A stretch of 64,000 nucleotides of DNA from a cyanobacterium endosymbiont of Rhopalodia gibba (GTDB taxonomy: Bacteria; Cyanobacteriota; Cyanobacteriia; Cyanobacteriales; Microcystaceae), in contig CP067995.1 in the NCBI GenBank assembly GCA_045159875.1, forward strand, positions 2,144,001 to 2,208,000. The letters run 5' to 3'. The notes under the pieces are model-generated. The model did no database searches. It was not told where the DNA came from and saw only the letters and a list, made by a program, of their open reading frames with translations. Below are positions 1 to 11,567 of this stretch, in pieces. Each line of letters begins with the position of its first letter. Positions within the stretch are counted from its first letter, which is position 1. The position numbers and the translations under genes were made by a program.

Positions 1-2
1 GA

Positions 3-491
3 CAGATTTTCCTTTCTAGCGACTTGTTTAATTCAGGTTTTCGTCCCGCTATCAACGCAGGGATTTCGGTAAGTAGAGTAGGATCTGCGGCTCAGACCAA
101 GGCTATGAAAAAGGTTGCCGGTAAATTGAAGCTAGAATTGGCACAATTTGCTGAATTGGAAGCCTTCTCTCAGTTTGCCTCTGACTTAGATGCCGCCACT
201 CAGTCTCAACTGTCACGGGGTCAACGGTTACGTGAAGTATTGAAGCAACCTGAAAATTCTCCTTTAGCAGTGTGGGAACAGGTGGCAATTTCTTATGCCG
301 GGTTAAATGGTTATCTTGATGAAATTGCTGTGGAGAAGGTAACTGAATTTACCATGGGACTACGGAACTATATTAAAACCAGTAAAGCTAAATTTACTGA
401 GATCGTTGGAACTGAGAAACAACTTACCGATGAAGCAGAAAGCCTCCTCAAAGAAGCTATTGAGGAATATAAACAGGCCTTTGCAGCGTAA
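3..491 (+). CDS. atpA: F0F1 ATP synthase subunit alpha, C-terminal part (runs off window start)
   Basis: [49 protein letters not shown]; directly upstream of the gamma subunit. Confidence 0.98.
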   Translation, partial: QIFLSSDLFNSGFRPAINAGISVSRVGSAAQTKAMKKVAGKLKLELAQFAELEAFSQFASDLDAATQSQLSRGQRLREVLKQPENSPLAVWEQVAISYAGLNGYLDEIAVEKVTEFTMGLRNYIKTSKAKFTEIVGTEKQLTDEAESLLKEAIEEYKQAFAA

Positions 492-585
492 TTTACCATA
501 AGTCAGTGGTTAGTCATTTCCTCACGAACGAGAAGGAAGGCTAACCACCCACGACCCCTTATGAATAATTAATCAAAAAAAAAAT

Positions 586-1530
586 ATGCCTAACCTCAAA
601 GCTATCCGTGATCGGATTAAATCTGTCAAAAATACGAAAAAAATTACCGAGGCTATGCGCCTGGTGGCTGCCGCTAAGGTTCGCCGCGCTCAAGAACAGG
701 TAATGTCTACTCGTCCCTTTGCTGATAATTTAGCCAATGTTCTTTATAATTTGCTCAACCGTCTCAAGTATGAGGATGTCAGTTTACCTCTATTGCAACA
801 AAGACAGGTAAAAACTGTAGCTGTAGTTGTTGTCTCAGGTGATCGTGGGTTATGTGGTGGATACAACTCTTATGTCATTCGTCGCGCAGAACAACGCCAA
901 AAAGAATTAGAAGCTCAAGGACTTGATTATTGTTTCGTCACCATTGGACGCAAAGCGACTCAATATTTTTCTCGTCGCGAGGTCCCCATTCTAACCAAGT
1001 ATACGGGATTAAACCAAATTCCTACAGCTGATGAAGCTGTATCTATTGCTGACGAGTTACTATCTCTATTTTTGTCAGAAACAGTTGATAGAGTAGAGTT
1101 GATTTACACTCGTTTTGTTTCTTTGATCAGTTCTCGTCCCGTAATTCAAACTTTGCTACCTTTGACTCTTCAGGGATTGGAAGTTGAAGATGATGAAATC
1201 TTCCGCTTGATTACCCGCGAAGGGAAATTAAGCATAGAAAGGGAAACGATTATTCAAGAGCTCGAGAGCTTTCCTCAAGATATGATTTTTGAACAAGATC
1301 CCCTACAAATTCTTGATTCCTTGTTACCTCTGTATATCAACAACCAATTACTCAGAGGATTAGAAGAAGCGTCGGCGAGTGAATTAGCAGCTCGAATGAC
1401 AGCGATGAGTAACGCGAGTGATAATGCTGGTCAGCTAATCCTTAATCTTACTCTATCGTACAACAAAGCGCGTCAAGCAGCAATTACTCAACAGCTAATG
1501 GAGGTGGTTGCTGGTTCTAATGCTTTGTAG
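586..1530 (+). CDS. atpG: F0F1 ATP synthase subunit gamma (called atpC in cyanobacteria)
   Basis: [61 protein letters not shown]. Confidence 0.98.
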   Translation: MPNLKAIRDRIKSVKNTKKITEAMRLVAAAKVRRAQEQVMSTRPFADNLANVLYNLLNRLKYEDVSLPLLQQRQVKTVAVVVVSGDRGLCGGYNSYVIRRAEQRQKELEAQGLDYCFVTIGRKATQYFSRREVPILTKYTGLNQIPTADEAVSIADELLSLFLSETVDRVELIYTRFVSLISSRPVIQTLLPLTLQGLEVEDDEIFRLITREGKLSIERETIIQELESFPQDMIFEQDPLQILDSLLPLYINNQLLRGLEEASASELAARMTAMSNASDNAGQLILNLTLSYNKARQAAITQQLMEVVAGSNAL

Positions 1531-1562
1531 AAATTAATTATCAGAACAATTGAACGATCTTT

Positions 1563-1598
1563 CGAGCGTTTAGAAAATTTTCTAGACGCTTGCTTTTT
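1563..1598 (+). terminator. Rho-independent terminator of the atp operon
   Basis: Stem AGCGTTTAGAA/TTCTAGACGCT followed by a T-run, about 30 nt after the atpG stop. Confidence 0.7.
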
Positions 1599-1669
1599 AA
1601 AATGGAAGAAACGCCTTTGATGTCCTGTCTATCTTAGTGCTAGAATATTTTTAGTTGTCTAGGTTGACA

Positions 1670-2578
1670 ATGATATGCAGAGCATATCGCTATATAATTT
1701 ATCCCGATCCCGAGCAAAAGTAGGCACTAGTTCAAACCTTTGAGTGATGTCAGTAGTGTTGAAACTATTCATTTTTTAGACTGACTTATAAAAATTGTTA
1801 AAAGACAGGTGAGGAGCTATTGAGGGAGCTGTTCGAAGTCTTTTTTAAGTCTTAACAAAAGACTATCCTTAGCTGAGTGATATTTCTTTTCGGTGCTTAT
1901 TAGTATTTACAAGTTGTGGCTTTAGGTCTGTCGTCTGTCCAATATATCTTTGACAAAAGAGAAAAATCACTAAAGTAAAAAGATTTATCTTACAAGTACA
2001 AAGAGAGTACACCTGTCAAAAGAAGGTTAGTTGCCAAAGTCTACTTCATAATCTTTAGATGTAGAGTAGATTTTCTGCACAAACTACTATATAGTATAAT
2101 CAATAAAAACCAAGTGATTGCTGTAAAAAAAACGACATAAAAAGCATGAGAAGAAACTAAAACCAATTTAACGCTGTTAATAATTGTAGTTGGGTCAAGT
2201 TCTGTGCAACTATGTGCAATACTTAGGTATAAAGCAGAGAATAAAGAGAAGATTTACATTGAAACTGACAGTGACAGATTTTTCTCCAGTTATTAAGACC
2301 CATAACAGCTGTATAAATAAATCAAGTAAGCAGATTGCCTCTTAATTTTGGGAATTGGATTTGCAAATGTTACAAAACCAATTATGATTGTGATGTTAAC
2401 ACATCAATAAACGTAGAAAATCAAGTCTTACGGACATTGTCACCAGGGAGTAGCGATGTTTTCTCAGGGAAGTGTAAGACGAACAGGGATTAAGATTTAT
2501 TACCTCTTAGACGCAACGTTCAATGAAGTTAGAAGCTTCAAATATAATCTTTAATCTGGATGGGGTAATTTACGTCAC
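1670..2578 (+). mobile_element. tnpB: Decayed IS200/IS605-family element with tnpB pseudogene and right-end remnant
   Basis: N-terminus MICRAYRYIIYPDPEQK*ALVQTF resembles the TnpB AYKYRIYP..EQ motif. Later fragments LRYKAENKEKIYIE..DRFFSS and YDCDVNTSINV resemble LKYKAE..VDRFFPSS and HDRDVNAAINI. Right-end-like GAAGCTTCAAATATAATC...GGGGTAATTTACGTCAC. Many stops and frameshifts. Confidence 0.8.
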
Positions 2579-2620
2579 AATATACAATATAAAGGGATAG
2601 TCCTTAAGAGAAAAACAATT

Positions 2621-3301
2621 ATGACTGTAGTAAATTCAGAAATTGACATTGCCAGTTATATTGATCATAGCTTACTCAGTCCTACAGGAATTGCCCAAGA
2701 AGTGGAACAGTATTGTCAACAGGCTAATCAATTTGGCTTTCCCACTGTCTGTGTATATCCCTCAATGGTACGTAAAGCAACCGAATTACTTCAAGGGAAG
2801 CAAACCCAAGTTTGTACAGTAATTGGCTTTCCTACAGGGGCAAGCACCTCAGCTGTTAAACTTTATGAAGCCAAAGAAGCAGTAGAGAATGGGGCAACGG
2901 AACTCGATGTAGTGATCAACTTGGGATGGGTAAAAACTGGACTATCTAATAAAATTTATCAAGAAATTGCTGAAATTTGTACAGAAACAAGACAAACAGT
3001 TAAAGTTGTTCTCGAAACCAATTTATTGACGGATACAGAAAAGCGACTTGCTGCCGAAATTTGTATGGATGGAGGAGCAAGTTATTTAAAGACTAGTACT
3101 GGATGGTTTGGAGGAGCAACAGTCGCTGATGTAAGTTATCTTAACCAACTAACTAGAGGACGAGTAGGTATTAAAGCTTCTGGGGGTATTCGGACTCTGG
3201 AACAAGCTTTAGCCCTAATCGAAGCGGGGGCAACTCGTTTAGGAACTTCTCATGGAGTCGACTTAGTGAGACAACAACGTGAGCCAGTCCGAAATATTTA
3301 G
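2621..3301 (+). CDS. deoC: Deoxyribose-phosphate aldolase
   Basis: [43 protein letters not shown] motifs. Confidence 0.96.
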   Translation: MTVVNSEIDIASYIDHSLLSPTGIAQEVEQYCQQANQFGFPTVCVYPSMVRKATELLQGKQTQVCTVIGFPTGASTSAVKLYEAKEAVENGATELDVVINLGWVKTGLSNKIYQEIAEICTETRQTVKVVLETNLLTDTEKRLAAEICMDGGASYLKTSTGWFGGATVADVSYLNQLTRGRVGIKASGGIRTLEQALALIEAGATRLGTSHGVDLVRQQREPVRNI

Positions 3302-3320
3302 GGAATTTTAAGAAAAGCTA

Positions 3321-4166
3321 ATGAGTCGAATTTATAAAACCACAGGGATTATCTTAAAAAGAACACCTTTCGGGGAGGCTGATTATTTAGTAAAAATTCT
3401 TTCACCAGAATTCGGTTTAATTCAGGCAGTGGTTCCAGAGGCGAGGAAATATACATCAAAACTAGGCGGACGTAGCCAGTTATTTGTGACTAATGATTTG
3501 TTAATAGTCAAAGGACGATCACTTGATCGAATCATCCAAGCCGACACCTTAAAATCTTACCCAAGATTAGGTGGGAATTTAGGTAAATTGGCTGCTAGTC
3601 AATATTTAGCTGAATTGGTATCATCTATAGCCTTAGATAAACAACCTCAAAGGGAACTTTACGAACTCCTCAACGAACATTTACATCGCCTCGAAGAAAT
3701 CTCATCTGGTCAAAGTTTATATAGTCATTTAGCCCAAGCGGTGTTCCATGTATTGACAATCGCGGGAATTAGTCCTCAAGTTCACACTTGTTGTTTGACT
3801 AGTGAAACGTTATCAGCCAACTTTAGTAATCCTCATTGGCGAGTAGGATTTAGTTTTGAACAAGGAGGTTTGATCAAATTAGCAAGTCCTGAATCTTCCT
3901 TGTCAACTCAACAAGAATCCTCTGAAATTCCCCGGCTTTTAATTAATCAACAACTAAATGCTGTAGAACTAAGTCTTTTGCAACAATTAGTTCATCCTTA
4001 TCTTCCGCAGCCACGAAAAATCTTACCTCCAGAGTATCTCAATGATTTTCTATCCTTAGCTTGGGCTCACATCGAAAATCTGTTACGTAATTATGCTCAA
4101 TATCACTTAGGGAAATCTTTTCGGTCAGCCAATCTCAACGGTACTTTATCTCCTTTAGAGTTTTAA
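3321..4166 (+). CDS. recO: DNA repair protein RecO
   Basis: N-terminal OB-fold [30 protein letters not shown]; conserved cyanobacterial deoC-recO-MFS order. Confidence 0.93.
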   Translation: MSRIYKTTGIILKRTPFGEADYLVKILSPEFGLIQAVVPEARKYTSKLGGRSQLFVTNDLLIVKGRSLDRIIQADTLKSYPRLGGNLGKLAASQYLAELVSSIALDKQPQRELYELLNEHLHRLEEISSGQSLYSHLAQAVFHVLTIAGISPQVHTCCLTSETLSANFSNPHWRVGFSFEQGGLIKLASPESSLSTQQESSEIPRLLINQQLNAVELSLLQQLVHPYLPQPRKILPPEYLNDFLSLAWAHIENLLRNYAQYHLGKSFRSANLNGTLSPLEF

Positions 4167-4293
4167 GGTTTAATAGAACTGTGTGATTAACTGCAAAATT
4201 AATTGCTATCCTCGCAATCAAGTCAAGCAAAACCCTTATTTTTAAGCCTTAACCTATGTCATTTTCTCCCCCTAAGATTTCTCACCTAATTCT

Positions 4294-5688
4294 ATGGATC
4301 GCCAATCTACTCCCTCTAAGCCACCAATGAGTCAGGGGTTTGGCCCTATTCTGCAGAACCCGCGGTTTTTAACCCTTTGGGTTGGACAAATTTTCTCTCA
4401 ATTGGCTGACAAAGTTTATCTGGTTTTGATGATTGCCTTAATTGCTGGTCACTTTCAAGGAGACAATCAACCTATTAGTGGTTGGGTATCAGCGATTATG
4501 ATTGCTTTTACTATTCCGGCGGTTTTGTTCGGTTCCTTTGCTGGGGTTTATATAGATCGGTGGTCAAAAAAAGGGGTGTTAGTTATCTCTAATTTTGTAC
4601 GAGGAGTATTAGTTTTTGTCATTCCTCCCCTAATCTGGTTATCCCAAGATAAAACCTTAGCATTACCTGTCTCTTGGCTTCCCGTCTGGTTACGACAGTG
4701 GCAATTCCAAGTTCAAGATAACTTTTTTATTCCTTTGGGATTTTTATTTATACTAACGTTAACTTTTGTAGATTCAACTATTACCCAGTTTTTTGCTCCA
4801 GCAGAACAAGTTACTATTCCCCTGATTGTTGAACGCCGTCATCTGCTTTCGGCTAATTCTCTTTTCACTACTACCATGATGGCTACGACTATTATCGGGT
4901 TTGCCATTGGAGATCCTTTATTAGAATTGGCTGCAACGTTAGCTAAATTCGTGGGATTATCTTGGGAACTCGGTAAATCTTTAGTTGTTGCCTTATCTTA
5001 TCTGTTAGCGGGTTTTGTTTTAATTTTTTTAAGGACAGGAGAAAAACGAGAACACTACGAAAAAGAACGTCCCCATATATTTGAAGATATTCGAGATGGT
5101 CTTCATTATCTCAATAATAATCATCGAGTTCGCAACGCTTTAATTCAACTGGTAATTCTTTTTTGTATTTTTGCAGCCTTGTCGGTATTAGCTGTTAGGA
5201 TGGCTGAAACTATTCCAGGGTTAAAAGCTGAACAATTCGGCTTTTTATTGGCTTTTGGAGGCTTAGGAATGGCTTTTGGAGCAGGTATTTTAGGTAACTG
5301 GGGTCAACATTTTAGTAAAAATCGATTAGGATTGTGGGGATCGTTGGGAATGGCAGTTTCCTTGGTGGGATTATCTTTGTCTATAGACAATCTATGGTTA
5401 ACGCTGTTGATGACCACATTTTTAGGATTATTTGCAGCTTTTGTCGGAGTTCCGATGCAAACAATGATTCAATCAGAAACGCCTGTTGACATGAGGGGTA
5501 AGGTGTTTGGTTTACAAAATAATGCAGTTAATATTGCTTTGTCTTTACCTTTAGCTTTAGCTGGTATTGCAGAAACTTTAGTAGGCTTGAAACCTGTCTT
5601 ACTTGCTTTAGCTGGATTAGCAGTCGCAGGGGGAATTCTCACAGGGAATACAGGAAAAAATAGATCTGGTAATCAAAGATCAGAGTAA
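4294..5688 (+). CDS. MFS transporter
   Basis: About 12 hydrophobic segments; FLTLWVGQIFSQLADK, AGVYIDRWSKK, DMRGKVFGLQN. Confidence 0.9.
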   Translation: MDRQSTPSKPPMSQGFGPILQNPRFLTLWVGQIFSQLADKVYLVLMIALIAGHFQGDNQPISGWVSAIMIAFTIPAVLFGSFAGVYIDRWSKKGVLVISNFVRGVLVFVIPPLIWLSQDKTLALPVSWLPVWLRQWQFQVQDNFFIPLGFLFILTLTFVDSTITQFFAPAEQVTIPLIVERRHLLSANSLFTTTMMATTIIGFAIGDPLLELAATLAKFVGLSWELGKSLVVALSYLLAGFVLIFLRTGEKREHYEKERPHIFEDIRDGLHYLNNNHRVRNALIQLVILFCIFAALSVLAVRMAETIPGLKAEQFGFLLAFGGLGMAFGAGILGNWGQHFSKNRLGLWGSLGMAVSLVGLSLSIDNLWLTLLMTTFLGLFAAFVGVPMQTMIQSETPVDMRGKVFGLQNNAVNIALSLPLALAGIAETLVGLKPVLLALAGLAVAGGILTGNTGKNRSGNQRSE

Positions 5689-5758
5689 TGACTAATTTTA
5701 AAGAAAAAAATAAATCATAACTTCTTTATTATATTTCTCCTTTAGTCACGGATTATCA

Positions 5759-5784
5759 GTAATTTTTTTTATAAAAAAAATTAC
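5759..5784. repeat. Perfect 26-bp palindrome (low complexity)
   Basis: GTAATTTTTTTTA|TAAAAAAAATTAC. Confidence 0.75.
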
Positions 5785-6019
5785 AAAATTAATTTTAAAC
5801 TTAAGTATAGAATTATATGATATGGTCCTCCAGATCATGTATTTAGGCTATCTAATATTTCTACTTTTTTCCCCTGTCAATAGATTTTAATTCATCTACC
5901 GTTACTATTTATGAATCAAGAAACATTTTTTTAATGACTTTTTATCAGGTTTATACAAACTTATATGGCTCTTATAGACTAGCTATGATAACATCATTAT
6001 AAATAAAACTTGAAAGATA

Positions 6020-6520
6020 TACTTTGCAAATTTTAGAGAATGCGATTCATGATAATGGTTTCGAAAGTTATTGTCTATTAATTCATCACACTGAATCTAA
6101 AAGAGTAATGATTATTTTATTTGTCTCATAAATTTAAAGTAGTAAAAAATAAGGTTAAGTATGCATTGTATCTGTCTTTAGGATAGATTCTAAATTAGAG
6201 AAAACATTAAAAGTAAAATATTATTATAATCTAACAGAGTAGATTTTACCAGAAAAAGAAAACTGAGTTTATTTCTTGTTATATAAAAAAATAATCTAGT
6301 AAAATATCGAAAAATACAAAGTTTATACGATTAAGACAGAAATCATGAAATTAAAAATAAATATTTCTAATTTCAGTTTTGAGAGCAACAATTTTAATTT
6401 ATCTTTGGAAAGTGTCGATAATAGAGCAACTAAGGAGACTGCAAAAAGCTATAAATTTTTTTATAATTACTGATTACAAAAAACTAGGGATGGAATAAAT
6501 TTATGAGCCATAAAGAAATA
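6020..6520 (+). pseudogene. Possible heavily eroded EAL-domain remnant
   Basis: LQILENAIHDNGFESYCLLIHHTESKRV loosely resembles an EAL start (L..AL.N..F.LYYQPI); the rest is barely recognisable. Confidence 0.25.
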
Positions 6521-6536
6521 TGAATAACTTAACACA

Positions 6537-6629
6537 TAGTTCTGTCTAAATTAGTAATTTTTTTAACAGTTTACTAATTAAAAATCTTTTTAAAGTAAGT
6601 AAAAAAGTTATCTAATCTAGACAGAACTA
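6537..6629. mobile_element. MITE-like 93-bp element with terminal inverted repeats
   Basis: Left TAGTTCTGTCTAAATTAG versus reverse complement of right end TAGTTCTGTCTAGATTAG (17/18), extending imperfectly to about 30 bp; TA at both termini. Confidence 0.5.
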
Positions 6630-6738
6630 ACTTTAGATAATTTTGGAAAATCTTGGGACAATTAAGAATATCTAAACTAGAGATAAGAGAGGATACTTCT
6701 ATAATTAAATAGACCCTTATAAATTAAGTTATTAAAAC

Positions 6739-9700
6739 TTAATCTACCCCTTCAATTTTATCTTCAAGGTCTTCATATAATTTTTGTAACCTTTCTAAGT
6801 TTTCTGCTGAAGTTTCCTAGTAACCTCGTCCATTTACTTCTAACAAAGTAGATACTATCTTACGGAAAGAATTAGGGTTGAAATTAATCAGACGTTTACA
6901 CATTTTCTTGTCTTTAATCAAAGTTGTATTCACATTTTCATAAACCCAATTGTCTACTGCATCAGAAGTGGCAGACCATCCCATTGTATTAACTAAACGC
7001 TTAGAAAGTTCTCTAACTCCTTCATAACCATGAGATAACATTCCTTCGTACTATTTAGGGTTTAATAATTTAGTACGTGTGTCTAAAGGTACAGTTTCAG
7101 AGAGGGTACGAACTTGTACATTGGCAGTGGTTGGATCCGCAATATATGAAGCAGGTTTTTTACCATCTTCCCGTAAACTGGAGACAACTTTCGTAGGATC
7201 AGAATCAAAATAATGTGAGATATCCGTTAAACTTATTTCTGATGAATCTAAGTTTTTGAAAGTAGCATCAGCAGTTTTTAACGCAAATTCAAATATCTTG
7301 TGGTTATCTTTCATTACTCCTGGGTTATCGGAGTTAAACGCAAAACTTTTCCGATTTAAGTACATATTTCACAATTCTTTTTCTTCTTCCCAACTGCTAT
7401 TTTCTACCGCTAAGTTTATATTAGAAGAATAGGAGCCAGAAGCATTAGAAAATATACGGGTTGCTGCTTCACGGAGATTGAATCCCAGTTTATCTGCTTG
7501 CTCGAAAGCGTGTTTACGAACATAGTTTATCTCAACAGGTTCGTTCGCTTCTGCTGCCATTTTAACTGCTTGATCCAATAAATTCATTTGGTTAATAAAT
7601 AAGTTACGAAAGACACCAGAACAGTTGACTACTACATCAATACGCGGTCCTCCTAATTCTTCGAGAGGAATTAACTCTAATTTCTTAACCCTTCCTAACG
7701 CATCTGGAACAGGCTTAACTCCTACCATCCACATGATTTGTGCCAGGGATTCGCCGTAAGTTTTGATGTTGTCGATTCCCCATAACACACAGGCGATAGT
7801 TTCGGGATAATTTCCTCCGGTTTCATTTTTTTGACGTGCTAATAACTTATCTACAACTATTCTAGCGGCTCTAACTGCTTCTAAGGTAGGAATGGATTGG
7901 GGATCTAACGCATGGATGTTTTTACCTGTCGGCAAAACGTTTGGGTTACGAATAGGATCCCCTCCAGGGACAGGCAAGACATATTCCCCTTCTAATGCTT
8001 TAAGCAATCCTTCTAATTCATTATTAGCACAAAGCTTTTCTAAACAACATTTTAGATATTCAAATAAAGATTTAAACGCTTCTTGATCGACATTTTTATA
8101 TCCTAATTGATGTAAAGTTTCTACCCAAGGAACTTTTCTATTCATTTTAAGAAAACTCAGTTTAGAAACAAAAGAAATTCCTCCATCTGCATCTATTTGT
8201 GCTTTAACTAAAGAACTAACGTTTTCTAAAATACCGCGGTCACCGTCTTGATAAATTTCCTCAATATTTCGTCCTAAAGTGTTAGCAATAATACGAGGTC
8301 AAGAGATAATTTCTTCTTCTTTACGATCCAAAGAAGCAATATTGACTAAGGTTGCAATCGCTTCTTCTGCGGTGGGAGGTTTACCTAATGATGTGAAGTC
8401 CACATGGTAATAAACGGGACTCAATTTCTATCAACTTTCGATAAGTAGAACCGACAATATTATCGCGTTGTTCTGATATCATGTCTTTAGCATCGGTATT
8501 AGGTAATTTGATATCCTGATCTAAATTAACTAAGTGACATTTATCCATGATGGTGTTAACAATGGCAATTCCTCGACCCTCCTCTTTGAGGGTTGGATAA
8601 GAAGCAATTAACTCGCTCAATTCTTTTAACCCTCTGTATAACCCTGCATTCTCAGCAGGAGGAGTTAAATAAGATATGGTTTCTGCATAACTACGACGCT
8701 TAGCAATAGTTGCCTCACTAGGATTATTCGCTGCATAATAATACAGATTGGGAATCATGCCAATTAGAGTATTAGGATAACATTCTCCTGACATTCCCAT
8801 CTGTTTTCCTGGCATAAATTCCAACGATCCATGGGTTCCTAAATGTCATACTGCGTCCGCTTTCCAAACTTGGGTTAAATAGGTGTAATAAGCTGCAAAT
8901 CCATGATGGGGACTAGCAGATCTTGAAAAGAGTAACCGCATAGGATCTCCTTCATAACCAAAAGTTGGTTGAACTCCAATAAAAACGTTACCAAACTGTT
9001 TTCCGTAGATTAATAAATTCTGTCCGTCACTGTTTAAATTTCCAGGAGGAAGACCCCAGTTTTCCTCTAACCGAACTAAATAGGGAGTCAACTGTTCGTA
9101 TTGTTCAACGGACATCCGATAGGCTATATTTAACTCTGGAGAGGCATATTCTGCTTGTGCATTGTGGATCACTGATGGAAGCAGTGCTTTGGGAGAATCA
9201 GGTAGGTTTTCTACCTTGTAACCATTGCTTTTTAATGCAGTCATTACTTCATAAATAGACCCGAAGACATTCAACTATGCGGCGGTCCCTACGTTCCCCT
9301 TATCAGGGGGAAAACTAAACACAGTAATAGCCACCCTTTTCTCCCGTTTAGGGTTTTTTCCTAGATTAGCCCATTTTATCGTTCGTTGGGCGACCATTTC
9401 GATGCGATCTTGCAGTTCAATCGCTCTTCCCGTATTTGCGTCCCGTCCTGAGAGGATAATAGGTTCAATCGCGCCGTCTAATTCAGGAATAGCTATTTGT
9501 AACGCTACCTGGACAGGATGTAATCCTAGATCACTTTCTTCCCATTCTTGGGTAGTTTGAAACACAAAGGGCAACGCACACACACATATAAGGACGGTTG
9601 AGACGTTTTAATGATTCGATTGCTTTTGGATGGTCTTGACGAGCTGGACCCCCAACTAAAGCAAAACCTGTCAAAGAAACCACTGCATCGACAATAGTAA

Positions 9701-10695
9701 TTGTTTCTCCCCCTTTACTGTAATCTAAGAAATAAGCATCTACCGGTTTAGAAAAGTCTAATCCTCCTGCAAACACAGGAAGCACCCGCGCTCCCATAGC
9801 TTCTAATTCCTGTACTGTAGATAGCTACATAGTGAGCATCATCCCCAGTGACCAGATGGTTCAATAGTAGAATCAATCCAATACAGGGGGCTGAAAGGTC
9901 TTTTAGACTATCAGAAATATCGATTCTACTATTGAACCATCTTAAACAAGAAGGGACATCCTTAAACATTTCCATCGATAAAGGATGCCAAATTCCCATG
10001 TCAGGATAGACTACCGGATCCTGATAGTTAACAGTTTTATCTTCGAGAAGATCTGGATAGGAATATTTATGGGCTAACATTACCAGAAAATTTTCGAGAT
10101 TTTCCGAAGATCCCCCCAACCAATATTGGAAACTTAGCATAAAATTGCGAGTATCTTGAGCTTTTTCAACCGGAAGATACTTCAAAATTTGAGGTAAAGT
10201 CCGCAACAGTTTTAACATGGCATCTTGAAACCCTGTGCCGGAATTTTCCTTCCGCTTCCGCATAAATTGGGCGATTGCGTTCTTAGACTGTCCTAACTGG
10301 GCTATAGAAAAACTGCCTAATTTGTTTAAGCGCATTACCTGGGGCATTGAAGAGAAAATCACCACGGCATCTAAATTATCCCAATGGGGTTCCACCGCGT
10401 CTACGACTTGATCCGCTAAGTCTTCGATAAAAATTAAAGAGGCAATAAATAAATTAGTATCTGCTACTTTACGCTTAAATTCTTCATATTTTTCAGGATT
10501 TCTTAGTTATTCAATTAGATAACCACTAATTTCTATGGCTAATTTAGGGTTATTTTTATTGATTGCTTCAACGGCTGCAGAAAGAGAACTTTGATACTGT
10601 GGCTCCAAAACGACATAGACCACCTTTAACAAAGAACGACCATTAATTGCTTCTAGAACGATATGGCGAATGTTGGACTTTACACGAGTAAACAT
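6739..10695 (-). pseudogene. chlH: Magnesium chelatase subunit H, full-length pseudogene
   Basis: Collinear ORF fragments from MFTRVKSNIRH to LYEDLEDKIEGVD*. At least 7 in-frame stops (10507, 9275, 8846, 8299, 7369, 7051, 6817), frameshifts near 9815, 9580 and 8383, and an apparent in-frame deletion near 8220. Confidence 0.97.
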
Positions 10696-11028
10696 CTATT
10701 ACAGTACTCCCTAATTTTTTGATGATCTAAAGGCTGTAAACTCTTAATCAGAGTTAGCAAAAAATCTTACAAAACTCTATATGTGTTTCTACCAAAAATA
10801 GCTATTATATGAGCAGTTTTTCGACTATTTAACATAATTTTTAAAGAAGCATACCATGATTTTTTACAAAAAGAAACATACTAACGATAGTAGGTTTTCT
10901 TTTTCTTGTTTATAAAAGTTAATTTTACATTCATTGGCGAATTTACTATTGACTGAATCTGCTTACATTCAGATACCATCATTGCTATAATGCTCAAAAA
11001 ACAAATTAAATGAGATTGGAGACTAATC

Positions 11029-11070
11029 ATTTAAAATAACAAGTAAAATTTTTTACTTGTTATTTTAAAT
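11029..11070. repeat. Perfect inverted repeat, 20-bp arms, 2-nt loop
   Basis: ATTTAAAATAACAAGTAAAA-TT-TTTTACTTGTTATTTTAAAT. Confidence 0.9.
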
Positions 11071-11567
11071 AAAAAGATTATGTTGACTCAGCAAAATACT
11101 AAGAGTTAAAACGTATGAGGTATAATAATGATGAAGAAGGAACAGTACCATGAATTAAGAAAACGGTTAAAGTTCATCTATTAATATTTTTAGAATACTC
11201 AAGTACAACTCATCAGCTTTAGTTGATCATGATTAACTTATAGTTAGTTATTATGTCGAGTGAAAAAAATCGCTGAAATGTAAAAACTCTTAAGTGCCTC
11301 TCATAATGCTAATTTAGCCGAAAAAAGAGTTAAAAATCTAGCAAATACTCACACAGTATTTTTGACATTTGTGTTTGCAAGTCTGCGATGTGCTTAGTCT
11401 AACTTGAAAACTGTAATTTTTTTTTATTGGATTCGATCTAACTTTTTACCTACAAGTGATCACTAATAGCCATAGCATTAAGGTTAAGACAATTCATAAA
11501 AAATGATAAGATCTAATCTAGTATAAACTTCACTGCCTATTTACACACTTAAAGGAAAAGCTACTTC

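Noticed and set aside
6817..10695. Eight or more separate chelatase-like ORFs as a split multi-gene system or recoded gene
   Set aside because: Fragments are collinear pieces of one chlH. All three stop types and frameshifts occur, and intact genes use the standard code, so this is not stop-codon reassignment
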